From an uncultured Desulfarculus sp. (GTDB taxonomy: Bacteria; Desulfobacterota; Desulfarculia; Desulfarculales; Desulfarculaceae), in NCBI GenBank assembly GCA_963665125.2, contig CAXXUK010000001.1, forward strand, positions 320,001 through 384,000: 64,000 nucleotides of DNA. The letters are read 5' to 3'. A program made the translations under genes and the position numbers. Positions within the stretch are counted from its first letter, which is position 1; each line of letters starts with the position of its first letter. Positions 38,293 through 47,434 of the stretch are shown here, piece by piece. The notes beneath the pieces are model-generated. The model saw nothing but the letters and a program-made list of their open reading frames with translations, had not been told where the DNA came from and did no database searches.

Positions 38293-38321
38293 TTGACATA
38301 TTCAATATTGACGGATAGAAT
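38293..38321 (+). promoter_or_regulatory. Sigma70 promoter of the feo operon
   Basis: TTGACA-N17-TAGAAT. Confidence 0.7.
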
Positions 38322-38473
38322 CCGCTAAAAAACCGAGTTAGCCCGGCGTCAGTTGGCTCTGGGCTTGGTGAAATCAAAATAACACGCGTGGTAATGGTAA
38401 GTTATGCCGTCATCGCTATCGCGTGGTTAACTTGGTCGTTTTGACGGCCTTTTAATTGCGGTTAAAGTTAGAA

Positions 38474-38740
38474 GTGGCTAAAAAACAAAATAAATACGAA
38501 ATAGATACGAGCCAACATACGCTGGCCGCCTTGGCTCCTGGCTCGTTCGGCAGGGTGCTGGGGCTGACGGCCACAGGCAATTTGGGACAGCGTTTGATGG
38601 ACCTGGGCTTCTTTCCGGGTGTCGAATTCAAAATCATCCGCAACGCGCCGTTGTTGGACCCTTTGGAAATCGAAATGCTGGGGTATTGCGTGAGCCTGCG
38701 CCACGAGGAGGCCGGGTTTGTAGAGGTCGCCAAATTATGA
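38474..38740 (+). CDS. feoA: Ferrous iron transport protein A (start uncertain)
   Basis: TLAALAPG...QRLMDLGFFPG...IIRNAPLLDPLEI...VSLRHEEA. Confidence 0.9.
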   Translation: MAKKQNKYEIDTSQHTLAALAPGSFGRVLGLTATGNLGQRLMDLGFFPGVEFKIIRNAPLLDPLEIEMLGYCVSLRHEEAGFVEVAKL

Positions 38741-41202
38741 GTTCACAGGTTCTCGCCGCTTTGGCTGGCCAGCCGAATTCCGGCAAATCCACCATTTTCA
38801 ACCTTCTTACCGGCGCAAGGCAGTTCGTGGCCAACTACCCAGGTGTGACGGTGGAGAAAAAGGTCGGTTACTTCAGCCAGGGCGACAGCCGCGTGGAGTT
38901 GGTTGACCTGCCCGGCACCTACAGCCTTACTTCCTATTCAATGGAAGAGATGGTGGCCCGCGATTTTGTGCTGCATGACCAACCATCGGTGGTGGTCAAC
39001 GTGGTCGACGCATCCAACCTGCGGCGCAACCTTTACCTGACCTTTCAGCTCCTGGAGATGGAACGGCCGTTGATCGTCGATCTGAACATGATCGATGTGG
39101 CCGCCAAAAAAGGCTATGAGATCGACGCCGCGGAGTTGGAAAGGATTTTGGGTGTAAAAGTCCTGGTTTCAGACGGGAAACGGGGCAAGGGCCGTGATGA
39201 GTTGCGCCAACTCATTTCCGAAGCGAACTCAAAAGATTACCCAAAATCTGATTTTAGGATCAATTACGGTCATCTGGAACCGGCACTGGAGAGAATACAG
39301 GGCCTGTTGGTGGAGCAAACCAATTTGACCGGCCATTATCCGGCCCGATGGCTGGCCGTTAAATTGTTGGAGGGCGACGGCAAGGCTGAAGAAATTGCGC
39401 GGCAGGTGTCGCCCGATTGGCCGGCTTTAGAAGGGGCCGTCAAACAGGAGCAAGAGGACTTTCAGCGGAATCGCTCCACTCCGGCCTTTCGACACATCGC
39501 CTTCAAACGCCATGAATTGGCCGCCAATATCTGCCGCAGCGTTCTTAAAGACAAGGCCGGCACCAGCGAAAGCTTTACCGACAAGGCGGACCGCCTGCTG
39601 TGTCACCGTTTTGCCGGTCCTGTTTTGATGTGCGGCGTGTTTTATCTGCTGTTCGAACTGGCCGTCAACCAGGGGGGCAAGCTGGCGGCCATGGTCACAC
39701 CGTATCTAGGCCAGGCCCAGGCCTTTCTGGAAAGTTTCCTGCCCGCGCCGGGTTTTCTGGAACAGCCTTTGCTAAGTTCCCTGGCAAGCTGGTTCATGAC
39801 CAGCGTCAATGCTCTGCTGGTCTACATCCCCCAGTTTTTTATTTTGTTCGCCCTCATCGCAGTACTCGAGGATGTCGGCTACATGCCGCGCATGGCTTTT
39901 ATGCTCGATAGGGTGTTCCGCCGTTTCGGTCTGCACGGCAACTCAACCCTGCCTTTTATCCTGGGCGGGATCTATGTCGGAGGCTGCGCCGTGCCGGCGG
40001 TCATGGCCAGTCGGGCCGTACCCGACGACCGGGCCAGGATGGCCACGATCCTCACCGTGCCCCTGATGAACTGCCTGGCCAAGACGGTGTTTTACATCAT
40101 GCTGGTGGACGCCTTCTTTCCCGCCCACAAGGCCGGAGCCATGTTCTTTATTTCCACGATAACCCTGATAGTAGCTTTGCCAATCGCCAAAGTTCTCACC
40201 TTGACCGTGCTCAGAGGCCGGGAAACGGCTCCATTCATCATGGAAATGCCCAACTACCACCTGCCTACTCTCCGGGGGGTGCTGACCAGGGCCTTTGAGC
40301 GGATCTGGACCTACATTCGTAAGGTGCTCACCATTGTTGCGGCGGTGGCCGTGGTGATCTGGGCCTTGCTCCAGTTCCCCGGCGCGCCGCCGGCCTTCCA
40401 GGCTGACATGGAAAAACAGGCGGCCGCGGCAATAGCCGGGTTCCACAAAGCCATACAGGGCACTCCCTTGGCCGACTCCGTAAAGAGCGAAAAAGACATC
40501 ATGTCTTTGATCGAATTCCAGGAACAGTACAAGGCGGCCAAGGCCTCGGCTGCCGGTGACCGGCAGGCCTCCAAGGAGGTCGACGACGTGTATGAGGAAC
40601 AAAATTCTGTTTTCTTCACTGCAGTCAAGGACCGCCGGGACAAGACCTATAAGGCCTTCGACAAACTGCGCAAGACCCGTTTGCGACTGTGGCGGGAACG
40701 CCAGCAGGAGCGCATCCACAACAGTCTGCTGGGCCGTTTCGGTAAGATGCTTGAGCCTTTGTCCCAGTATGCCGGATTCGACTGGCGGGTGAACGTGGCC
40801 ATGCTCAGTTCGTTTGCCGCACGGGAAAGCGCCACCGCCACGTTCAAGGCCCTGTACGGCATCGGCAATGACGGAAAATATTCGGGCAAGGCTCTGGCCG
40901 GGGCGGATGGTGAAAAAGAGGTGAGCAGCCTCAACGCCATAGCCCTGATGCTGTTCATGGCCCTGTTCCCGCCCTGTTTGGCCACCACGATCATGGTTCG
41001 CGTGGCCACAAGGAGCTATCCGTGGATGCTGTTCTCCTTTGCATACCCCTGTTTGTTGGGCATAAGCGCGGCTACTTTTATCTTTACCGGCGGAGGCGCG
41101 TTGGGCCTGGATGGCTGGCAATCCATGTGGACCTTCTATGGAATCGCCTTGGCCTTTGCCGCGCTCATGGCGGCCTTGCCGGATAAACGTACAACCACTT
41201 GA
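38737..41202 (+). CDS. feoB: Ferrous iron transport protein B
   Basis: GQPNSGKS, NYPGVTVE, DLPGTYS, NMID, LEDVGYMPR and FIMEMPNYHLP motifs; ATGA overlap with feoA. Confidence 0.96.
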   Translation: MSSQVLAALAGQPNSGKSTIFNLLTGARQFVANYPGVTVEKKVGYFSQGDSRVELVDLPGTYSLTSYSMEEMVARDFVLHDQPSVVVNVVDASNLRRNLYLTFQLLEMERPLIVDLNMIDVAAKKGYEIDAAELERILGVKVLVSDGKRGKGRDELRQLISEANSKDYPKSDFRINYGHLEPALERIQGLLVEQTNLTGHYPARWLAVKLLEGDGKAEEIARQVSPDWPALEGAVKQEQEDFQRNRSTPAFRHIAFKRHELAANICRSVLKDKAGTSESFTDKADRLLCHRFAGPVLMCGVFYLLFELAVNQGGKLAAMVTPYLGQAQAFLESFLPAPGFLEQPLLSSLASWFMTSVNALLVYIPQFFILFALIAVLEDVGYMPRMAFMLDRVFRRFGLHGNSTLPFILGGIYVGGCAVPAVMASRAVPDDRARMATILTVPLMNCLAKTVFYIMLVDAFFPAHKAGAMFFISTITLIVALPIAKVLTLTVLRGRETAPFIMEMPNYHLPTLRGVLTRAFERIWTYIRKVLTIVAAVAVVIWALLQFPGAPPAFQADMEKQAAAAIAGFHKAIQGTPLADSVKSEKDIMSLIEFQEQYKAAKASAAGDRQASKEVDDVYEEQNSVFFTAVKDRRDKTYKAFDKLRKTRLRLWRERQQERIHNSLLGRFGKMLEPLSQYAGFDWRVNVAMLSSFAARESATATFKALYGIGNDGKYSGKALAGADGEKEVSSLNAIALMLFMALFPPCLATTIMVRVATRSYPWMLFSFAYPCLLGISAATFIFTGGGALGLDGWQSMWTFYGIALAFAALMAALPDKRTTT

Positions 41203-41221
41203 TATGACGAGGAATGGAAAG

Positions 41222-41542
41222 ATGAAAAAAATAGCGTTCTTGTCAACCGTGGCGGCTCTGGTTCTGGGCCTTGCGGTCATGGCCTTTGCCCATTCGCCCA
41301 TATGCACCTGCTATGACAATGGAGACGGCACCGTAACCTGCGAAGGCGGATTCAGTGATGGCTCCTCGGCCTCGGGTGTGAACATGTATGTGTTCGACGG
41401 CCAGGGCAAGCAGGTCCTCAAGGGGGCCATGAACCAGGACAGCGAATTTACATTTGACAAGCCCAAGGGCGACTACAAGGTGGAATTCGACGCCGGTGAG
41501 GGTCACAAAGTGACCATCGACGGCAAAGACATCGTGGAGTAA
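41222..41542 (+). CDS. Small periplasmic protein with N-terminal His (CbiL/carboxypeptidase-regulatory-like fold)
   Basis: Signal peptide AFA|HSPICTCY; EGGFSDGS and FDAGEGH motifs. Confidence 0.8.
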   Translation: MKKIAFLSTVAALVLGLAVMAFAHSPICTCYDNGDGTVTCEGGFSDGSSASGVNMYVFDGQGKQVLKGAMNQDSEFTFDKPKGDYKVEFDAGEGHKVTIDGKDIVE

Positions 41543-41631
41543 TCAAGACCGCCTCCATGCGTGGAGGTGTTTTTTTAAGATAAAAATTAGCCAATTCTCA
41601 AATAGTCAGATTCAACATACGGAGGAGAGAG

Positions 41632-42438
41632 ATGAAAAAGAGCATGCTTATTCTGGCCATGGCCTTGGCCGTTGTAATGGCGGTGGGCAGCGCGGCCTTG
41701 GCCCATTTTCAAATGGTGTATACGCCCGATGCATTCATGGACAAAGGCGGCGAGATTCCCTTGAAGCTGGTGTTTACCCATCCCTTCGAGGCGGGCCACA
41801 CCATGGACATGGGCCAGCCCCAGGCGTTTTATGTGGTTCACAAAGGTCAAAAGACCGACCTGCTTAAAACCATTAAACCAATTGAGTGGAAGAGCCTGAC
41901 CAACTCCGGCAAGGCCTTTGAGGCCAGCTACAAGATGCGCGGTATGGGCGACTGGGTGTTTGTCCTGGTGCCCGAGCCCTATTTCGAGTCTGAAGAAGAT
42001 TGCTACATCCAGCAGATCACCAAGATGGTGGTCAATGTGGCCGGCCTGCCCACCGACTGGGACGCCGAGTTGGGTCTGCCCGCCGAGATCGTCGCCCTGG
42101 ATAAGCCCTACGCCCTGTGGACCGGAAACGTCTTCCGCGGCGTGGTCAAGTCCAACGGAAAGCCGGTTCCCTTCACCGATGTCGAGGTGGAGTTCCTGAA
42201 CCATCCGCCAGTGCCCGGTAAAAATGAATTCCAGAAAAAGGCCTTGGCCGAGGCTCCCCAGGACGCTTTCGTGACCATGACCATAAAGACCGACGCCAAT
42301 GGTGAATTCGCCTTTGGCATTCCCAAGGCCGGCTGGTGGGGTTTCGCCGCCCTGGGCGTGGGCCCGGACGACAAATACAAGGGCAAGGAAAATTCCCAGG
42401 ACGCGGTTATCTGGGTCCACGCGGTGGATATGAAGTAA
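41632..42438 (+). CDS. DUF4198 (NikM-associated) periplasmic protein
   Basis: ALA|HFQMV, FTHPF, PEPYFE, KPYALWTGNVF and GWWGFAAL motifs. Confidence 0.85.
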   Translation: MKKSMLILAMALAVVMAVGSAALAHFQMVYTPDAFMDKGGEIPLKLVFTHPFEAGHTMDMGQPQAFYVVHKGQKTDLLKTIKPIEWKSLTNSGKAFEASYKMRGMGDWVFVLVPEPYFESEEDCYIQQITKMVVNVAGLPTDWDAELGLPAEIVALDKPYALWTGNVFRGVVKSNGKPVPFTDVEVEFLNHPPVPGKNEFQKKALAEAPQDAFVTMTIKTDANGEFAFGIPKAGWWGFAALGVGPDDKYKGKENSQDAVIWVHAVDMK

Positions 42439-42443
42439 CAACC

Positions 42444-42491
42444 GTAGTGCGGCGGTTTCAGGGGGAGGGGGGAGGGAAACCGCCGCGCTAC
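42444..42491 (+). repeat. 16-bp stem hairpin with G/A-only loop
   Basis: gtagtgcggcggtttc-AGGGGGAGGGGGGAGG-gaaaccgccgcgctac. Confidence 0.7.
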
Positions 42492-42544
42492 AACCTAGAC
42501 CGGCCCAGCCGGATAGACAACATGAAAGGAAAAGGGTTAGCGAA

Positions 42545-43783
42545 GTGATAAAAAGACTGAAACAAATGGCATGTCTCGCTTTGGCCATGTTGATGCTTGC
42601 GCCGGGCATGTCCTTTGCCGCCGACGCTGACATGCAGGCGGTGCTGGACGAACTCAAGGCCCTCAGGGACAGGGTCAATTACCTCGAAAACAAACTCAGC
42701 GAATATAAGGACTCGGCCGACCAGGCCTCCCAGGCGGCCATGGAGGCCAGGGCGACCAGTTCCAAGTCTCTGAAGATGTCCCAGGAAGTAGCCAGGACCA
42801 AAGGCGGTCAGATCGAGGGACTGTTGACCGAGGCCGGCAAGCGCCTCAAGATCTACGGCGCCGTGGAGTTGGAAGGCTCCTACTCCAATTACAAGCCCAA
42901 GAGCGGCGATTCGGTTTCCGACAGCAACTTCACCATGGCCACGGCCGAGATATTCTTCGACGCCACCATCAACAAGTACACCAAGGGCTTGCTCCATTTG
43001 CTGTATGAGGATGAAGGCGATGCCATAAACGTCGACGAAGCCTTTATCCTGCTGGGCCAGACCGATGATATTCCGGCCTACTTCATGGGCGGTAAAATCT
43101 ATCCGGCCATCGCCTTGTTCGAGACCTACATGGTCAGCGACCCCATCACCCAGAACCTGTTCGAGACCCAGGCCACTGCCGCCGAGATCGGCTGGGCCCA
43201 GGACTGGTTCAATATCGGCGCGGGTATCTTCAACGCCGGTATTCATGAGTCCGGCGACGCGCCGGACAACAACATCAACACATTCTATGTCAGGGCCCAG
43301 TTCGACGCTCCCGAGGGCGCCTTGGGCGAGGACGTGGACCTCAACTTCGGCGTGGCCTACATCAACAACATCGCCGCGGGCAACCTGGGTGACGAAGTCG
43401 TGGCCGGGGAGCTTCAGGAGATCGTCGGCGGCTGGTCGGCCATGATCAGCGCCCAGTACAAGATGATCGCCTTTACCGCTGAATACATGACGGCCGCCGA
43501 TGATTTCAAGGCGGGCGAACTCAGCTTTGACGGCGGTAAAAAGGCCCGTCCCACTGCCTATAACTTTGAACTGGCCTGCATGCCCATCGACGCCTGGACC
43601 ATTGCGGTGCGTTACGAGGGCAGCGAGGACACCGGCGACTTTGAGCCGGACAACCAGTACGGCCTGACCGTTGCCTGGGATTTCCTGCCCGACACGACTC
43701 TGAGCCTGGAATACCTGCACGGCAGCTATGAAAACGACGATGACCGCGACCTGTTCACCACACAATTGGCCGTGGGCTTCTAA
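42545..43783 (+). CDS. Outer-membrane porin, LbtU-like
   Basis: Signal peptide, N-terminal coiled coil, IYGAVELEG, LLYED, VDEAFI and SDPIT motifs; ends in QLAVGF. Confidence 0.8.
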   Translation: MIKRLKQMACLALAMLMLAPGMSFAADADMQAVLDELKALRDRVNYLENKLSEYKDSADQASQAAMEARATSSKSLKMSQEVARTKGGQIEGLLTEAGKRLKIYGAVELEGSYSNYKPKSGDSVSDSNFTMATAEIFFDATINKYTKGLLHLLYEDEGDAINVDEAFILLGQTDDIPAYFMGGKIYPAIALFETYMVSDPITQNLFETQATAAEIGWAQDWFNIGAGIFNAGIHESGDAPDNNINTFYVRAQFDAPEGALGEDVDLNFGVAYINNIAAGNLGDEVVAGELQEIVGGWSAMISAQYKMIAFTAEYMTAADDFKAGELSFDGGKKARPTAYNFELACMPIDAWTIAVRYEGSEDTGDFEPDNQYGLTVAWDFLPDTTLSLEYLHGSYENDDDRDLFTTQLAVGF

Positions 43784-43795
43784 AACGCCTCTCGC

Positions 43796-43841
43796 AGATG
43801 GCGTCCGGGCCTAATGCTACCTCAGGGCCTGGATGCCGTCT
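43796..43841 (+). terminator. Hairpin after the porin gene
   Basis: agatggcgtccgggcc...ggcctggatgccgtct. Confidence 0.45.
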
Positions 43842-43905
43842 GCAATATTTGAATGTTTACCAGGGGTGTATGCCAAGCCTCAGAAAGAGTCGGGGGGGGA
43901 TGACT

Positions 43906-44775
43906 ATGAATAAGCGAAAAAATAAAATGCTAAAGGTTGTACGTTGGGCTGTAATTACCGTGTTTGCAGCAGCTTTCTTGATGCCTGTAGTCGTCCATGC
44001 CCATTCAATATTTATTCAGTCCAGCCGGTATAATGTGGATCTGGGCAAATCGTCACCATTGTTTTTTTGTTACGGTCACCGCGTACCGGTAGATGACGGG
44101 GTTCGTGGCAGTAAGTTGAAGTCGGTTGCGGTCCATACTCCGGCGGATGGCGTCAAAGCCATAAAAGTACGTAATGAAATTTCTTTACAGTCTTATATGG
44201 TCATATATGACCAGCCTGGCACCTATGTATTGACGGCTGAAACAAATCCTGGGTTTTATACTGTTTATATCGATAAAAAAGGGCGTGAGCGCCATACAAT
44301 TAAACCGATGCAGGCGGTGAAGGAAGATGCCGCTGAGATCAAGAAGAGTTTTTTCAGCGAGCAATACACCAAGACTTATGTCGTTTGTGATGAGGCGTCG
44401 TTGAAATTCCCGGCAATGGTAGGACTCGATGTGGAGCTAGTTCCTTTATCGGATATTACAAAGTTAAAAAAAGGCGACACTTTAAAACTCCAAGTATACC
44501 ATAATGGCAAGCCATATCTTGGTGAAGGGCAATGGGATGCAACATACAACGGCTATTCGACCCAGCCCGAAGATATGTTTATTCAAAAGCGAAAAATGAG
44601 CAACGGTTTGATTTTCATGCCGATCGAGAAAACAGGGAGATGGTTTTTACGATTTTCCATAAATACGCCTGCACCCGAGGATGAAAAAGATCGCTATCTT
44701 CAAAAAAAACAAACGAGTACAATAGTTTTTGAAATTGCCAATGATAAAATGAGACCAATGGTCAAAGGGCATTAA
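43906..44775 (+). CDS. Second DUF4198-like periplasmic protein
   Basis: VHA|HSIFI, YGH..PVDD, ELVPLSD..LKKGD..LQVYHNGKP and G.W motifs; lower GC than flanks. Confidence 0.8.
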   Translation: MNKRKNKMLKVVRWAVITVFAAAFLMPVVVHAHSIFIQSSRYNVDLGKSSPLFFCYGHRVPVDDGVRGSKLKSVAVHTPADGVKAIKVRNEISLQSYMVIYDQPGTYVLTAETNPGFYTVYIDKKGRERHTIKPMQAVKEDAAEIKKSFFSEQYTKTYVVCDEASLKFPAMVGLDVELVPLSDITKLKKGDTLKLQVYHNGKPYLGEGQWDATYNGYSTQPEDMFIQKRKMSNGLIFMPIEKTGRWFLRFSINTPAPEDEKDRYLQKKQTSTIVFEIANDKMRPMVKGH

Positions 44776-44821
44776 TGTACAGAGCTGCAGCAGTTTTGAA
44801 GGGGCTAGATGGCTGAAAACC

Positions 44822-45784
44822 ATGGCTAATTTTTGGGTAAAAATTAGTATCAGATCTCGTTTGGCTCTGATCTTTTTATTATTAGTTATTTGTCCGGCAA
44901 TTGTTTTATTAGTGATGGAGCCGGAGAGCAAACGTGAAATTTCGACGTATGTAGGAGTGTATTTGGCTGTTGCTATCAGCTTGGGTTATCCGTTGATGGG
45001 GTTGTTTAGTAATTTCCTGGTCGTTAATGATTTAAGACAAATAAATGATATTTGCCGTGACTTGCGTATGGGGACAGCCGTAAAGGTTGCAGACTTGCCA
45101 AATGAAACCGATGATGAGCATGAATTGTTGGAGTTGAAAAGAAACATAAATTTTGTGATTCATGCAGTGTCGGGCAGGGAACAACATCTCATGAGGCACC
45201 TCAGTGAAAGCGTCGAAAAAAGCAGCAGGCTGTTGGAGTTGTCGGTGCGCGATCCATTGAGCGGGTTGTACAACCGGAGGTATTTTGATGAAAAAATAAT
45301 CCAATGCGCTAATGAGGCGGGTAACTTGAGTCTCCCAACCTATTTAATGCTGATGGATGTGGATAATTTCAAACACATAAATGACGCGTTCGGGCACCAG
45401 GAAGGTGATAGGGTAATCAGGGATATCGGATGTATAATTATGCATTCAACCAGGGTTGAGCAAGACGTGCCGTTTAGATACGGCGGTGATGAGTTTGGGC
45501 TGATATTGTCAAATGTTGATTTGCCTATTGTTGTCGATGTGGCCAGGAGGATCACGGATGGATATTTGGTGAAATGGGCAATGGGCAAGACTTCCCTGAG
45601 CATAGGAATAGCGAAGTTTGAAAATTGCGGACTCGAAAATGAGGCGGCGGCGAATCATTGGATACGGTCGGCGGATAAGGCCGTTTATATCGCTAAAAAC
45701 AAGGGTGGAAATTGTATAATCTTAAACGATTGTGGGGAAATAAAAACCGTATCAGATTTATGTCATATAAGGGGGGTGGGGTAA
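44822..45784 (+). CDS. Membrane-anchored diguanylate cyclase
   Basis: Two TM helices, HAMP-like linker, DPLSGLYNRR, DVDNFKHINDAFGHQEGD and RYGGDEF motifs. Confidence 0.93.
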   Translation: MANFWVKISIRSRLALIFLLLVICPAIVLLVMEPESKREISTYVGVYLAVAISLGYPLMGLFSNFLVVNDLRQINDICRDLRMGTAVKVADLPNETDDEHELLELKRNINFVIHAVSGREQHLMRHLSESVEKSSRLLELSVRDPLSGLYNRRYFDEKIIQCANEAGNLSLPTYLMLMDVDNFKHINDAFGHQEGDRVIRDIGCIIMHSTRVEQDVPFRYGGDEFGLILSNVDLPIVVDVARRITDGYLVKWAMGKTSLSIGIAKFENCGLENEAAANHWIRSADKAVYIAKNKGGNCIILNDCGEIKTVSDLCHIRGVG

Positions 45785-45794
45785 AAAAATTTTC

Positions 45795-45822
45795 TTGCTA
45801 AGTTAGCGTAATCGAATATAAT
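45795..45822 (+). promoter_or_regulatory. Flavodoxin promoter with a DtxR/IdeR-like box in the spacer
   Basis: TTGCTA-N16-TATAAT; CTAAGTTAGCGTAATCGAA (45798-45816) matches the DtxR consensus at 14/19 positions. Confidence 0.55.
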
Positions 45823-45871
45823 AATAAAAATCTAATAAGATAATATTACTCATATGGAATGGAGCTAGGAA

Positions 45872-46318
45872 ATGGCAAATGCGTTGGTTATGTTTGGGTC
45901 AACCACGGGGAATACAGAGTCAGTAGCTCAAATGGTTGCTCCCGTTCTGGCGGAAAATGGGTTTAAGGCGCAGATAAAGGATGTTGCGCGGGCCGAACCT
46001 GACGATTTTGGAGGGCGCTATGACCTTATCGTCTTTGGATGCTCCACTTGGGGCGACGATGAAATAGAGTTGCAGGAAGACTTTGCGGAATTTTTTGAAA
46101 ATATTGATCAATATGATTTTTCCGGCAAAAAAGTAGCTGTCTTCGGTTGCGGCGATAGCACTTATGAACACTTTTGCGGTGCTGTGGATGCAATTGAAGA
46201 AAAGATAAAAGCGCTTGGTGCTGAACTGATTATAAGCGGATTAAAGATTGATGGAGACCCTGATGATTATAAAGCGGAAGTAGTCGAATGGGCTGAAAAT
46301 GTTGCTTCTTCCATATAA
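45872..46318 (+). CDS. fld: Short-chain flavodoxin
   Basis: FGSTTGNTE, GCSTWGDD and FGCGDSTYEHFCGAVD (Desulfovibrio-type) motifs. Confidence 0.96.
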   Translation: MANALVMFGSTTGNTESVAQMVAPVLAENGFKAQIKDVARAEPDDFGGRYDLIVFGCSTWGDDEIELQEDFAEFFENIDQYDFSGKKVAVFGCGDSTYEHFCGAVDAIEEKIKALGAELIISGLKIDGDPDDYKAEVVEWAENVASSI

Positions 46319-46353
46319 CCAATTATTACACAAGTCAACAGAGGCAAGGCGCA

Positions 46354-46653
46354 ATGTGTAGGGCAAAAAAAATAATCAACTTGCATCGGGATGGAATGCA
46401 ATATTGTCAATCTGGCGATTTCGATCAGGCGGTAGCGAAATTGCATCTCGCTTTGGATGAGACGCGAAAAATAGGCCTGGAATGCTACCAAGTAAAAATA
46501 TTGAACAACCTGGGTATTGTTTTTGAATTGAAGGGCGACAGCAACCAAGCCAGGGAACATTACGCACAGGCCCATGGGCTGGCCGTGGCAAAGGTAGGCC
46601 GCGAGGCCAAGCTGAGCCGGATAGTTGGCGGCAATTTGGCTCGGGTGGCATAG
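46354..46653 (+). CDS. Small tetratricopeptide-repeat protein
   Basis: G...GDFDQAV and ILNNLGIVFELKGD..A..HY..A TPR patterns. Confidence 0.8.
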   Translation: MCRAKKIINLHRDGMQYCQSGDFDQAVAKLHLALDETRKIGLECYQVKILNNLGIVFELKGDSNQAREHYAQAHGLAVAKVGREAKLSRIVGGNLARVA

Positions 46654-46718
46654 GCCTCGATTGGATCCAACGACCTGTAAATAATACTAATTAACCAATG
46701 ATATCGGGGAGGATGGCG

Positions 46719-46889
46719 ATGCCGATCTATTACTATGTATGTCAACGTTGCAGCCACGGCGAGAACTGTGTGACTGGTGTTGACGACCATCAGGTTAAAT
46801 GCGGTCATTGCGGACAACCCATGCGCCGTACAATGGGAATGTCCAGGCTGCTTGATCATTACAAACGTGGTTTGCCGCAAGATAAATAA
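46719..46889 (+). CDS. FmdB-like zinc-ribbon protein (56 aa)
   Basis: GGGGAGG RBS; MPIYYYVCQRCSH...CGHCG..MRR. Confidence 0.75.
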   Translation: MPIYYYVCQRCSHGENCVTGVDDHQVKCGHCGQPMRRTMGMSRLLDHYKRGLPQDK

Positions 46890-47051
46890 GACGTTTAATA
46901 AACTTGGTTTATCGTTTTGGGCGTCGATTAAGCTGCAAAATAAATCCCATTTATTGAGTCGGACCCGTGCTGAAAATTGGAGTTGATATCTGCAAAGAAA
47001 AAGGCGGATTTGAATTGACGTAAAATCTCATCATGCCTGGCCCGAATAGTA

Positions 47052-47080
47052 TTGACAAGGCCGAAAACCTTTTATAAATT
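47052..47080 (+). promoter_or_regulatory. Sigma70 promoter of the riboswitch leader
   Basis: TTGACA-N17-TAAATT. Confidence 0.65.
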
Positions 47081-47087
47081 CAGACAA

Positions 47088-47262
47088 CATAATTTCGACG
47101 GATGCCCATGAGGCTTAATAGGGAAGCCGGTGAAAAACCGGCGCGGTCCCGCCGCTGTAATCGGTGACGAAAGCCGCACGCAAGCCACTGCCGACCAATG
47201 AGGACGGTGGGAAGGCGCGGCAAGTAGGATGAGCTGAGAGCCAGAAGACCTGTCCGACGAAA
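47088..47262 (+). ncRNA. Cobalamin riboswitch 1
   Basis: aatagggaagccggtgaaaaaccggcgcggtcccgccgctgta...gccactg...gggaaggc...gagccagaagacctg (B12 box). Confidence 0.95.
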
Positions 47263-47322
47263 ACCCTGGTGCGCACGTGGAAATGCGTGAAAGGGGTGTA
47301 GCTGGAGCAAAGAAACAGGGTG

Positions 47323-47368
47323 CGCTCCGAGACTGCATTTATATGCAATCTCGGAGCGTTTTGTTTTT
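47323..47368 (+). terminator. Attenuator terminator of riboswitch 1
   Basis: cgctccgaga...tctcggagcg followed by ttttgttttt, upstream of the CDS. Confidence 0.8.
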
Positions 47369-47434
47369 ATAGGCTACGGCAACCCGCGTGCGCACCTTTT
47401 TGCAGCTTTAAGGAGAGGAAAAAAGGAGCGATAC

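Noticed and set aside
39943..43765. Long minus-strand ORFs 39943..41307 and 42488..43765
   Set aside because: Antisense shadows of feoB and the porin gene.
45830..45855. Fur box upstream of flavodoxin (taataagataattactcat)
   Set aside because: AT-rich resemblance only, with a poor fit to the 7-1-7 inverted repeat; not supportable as a call.
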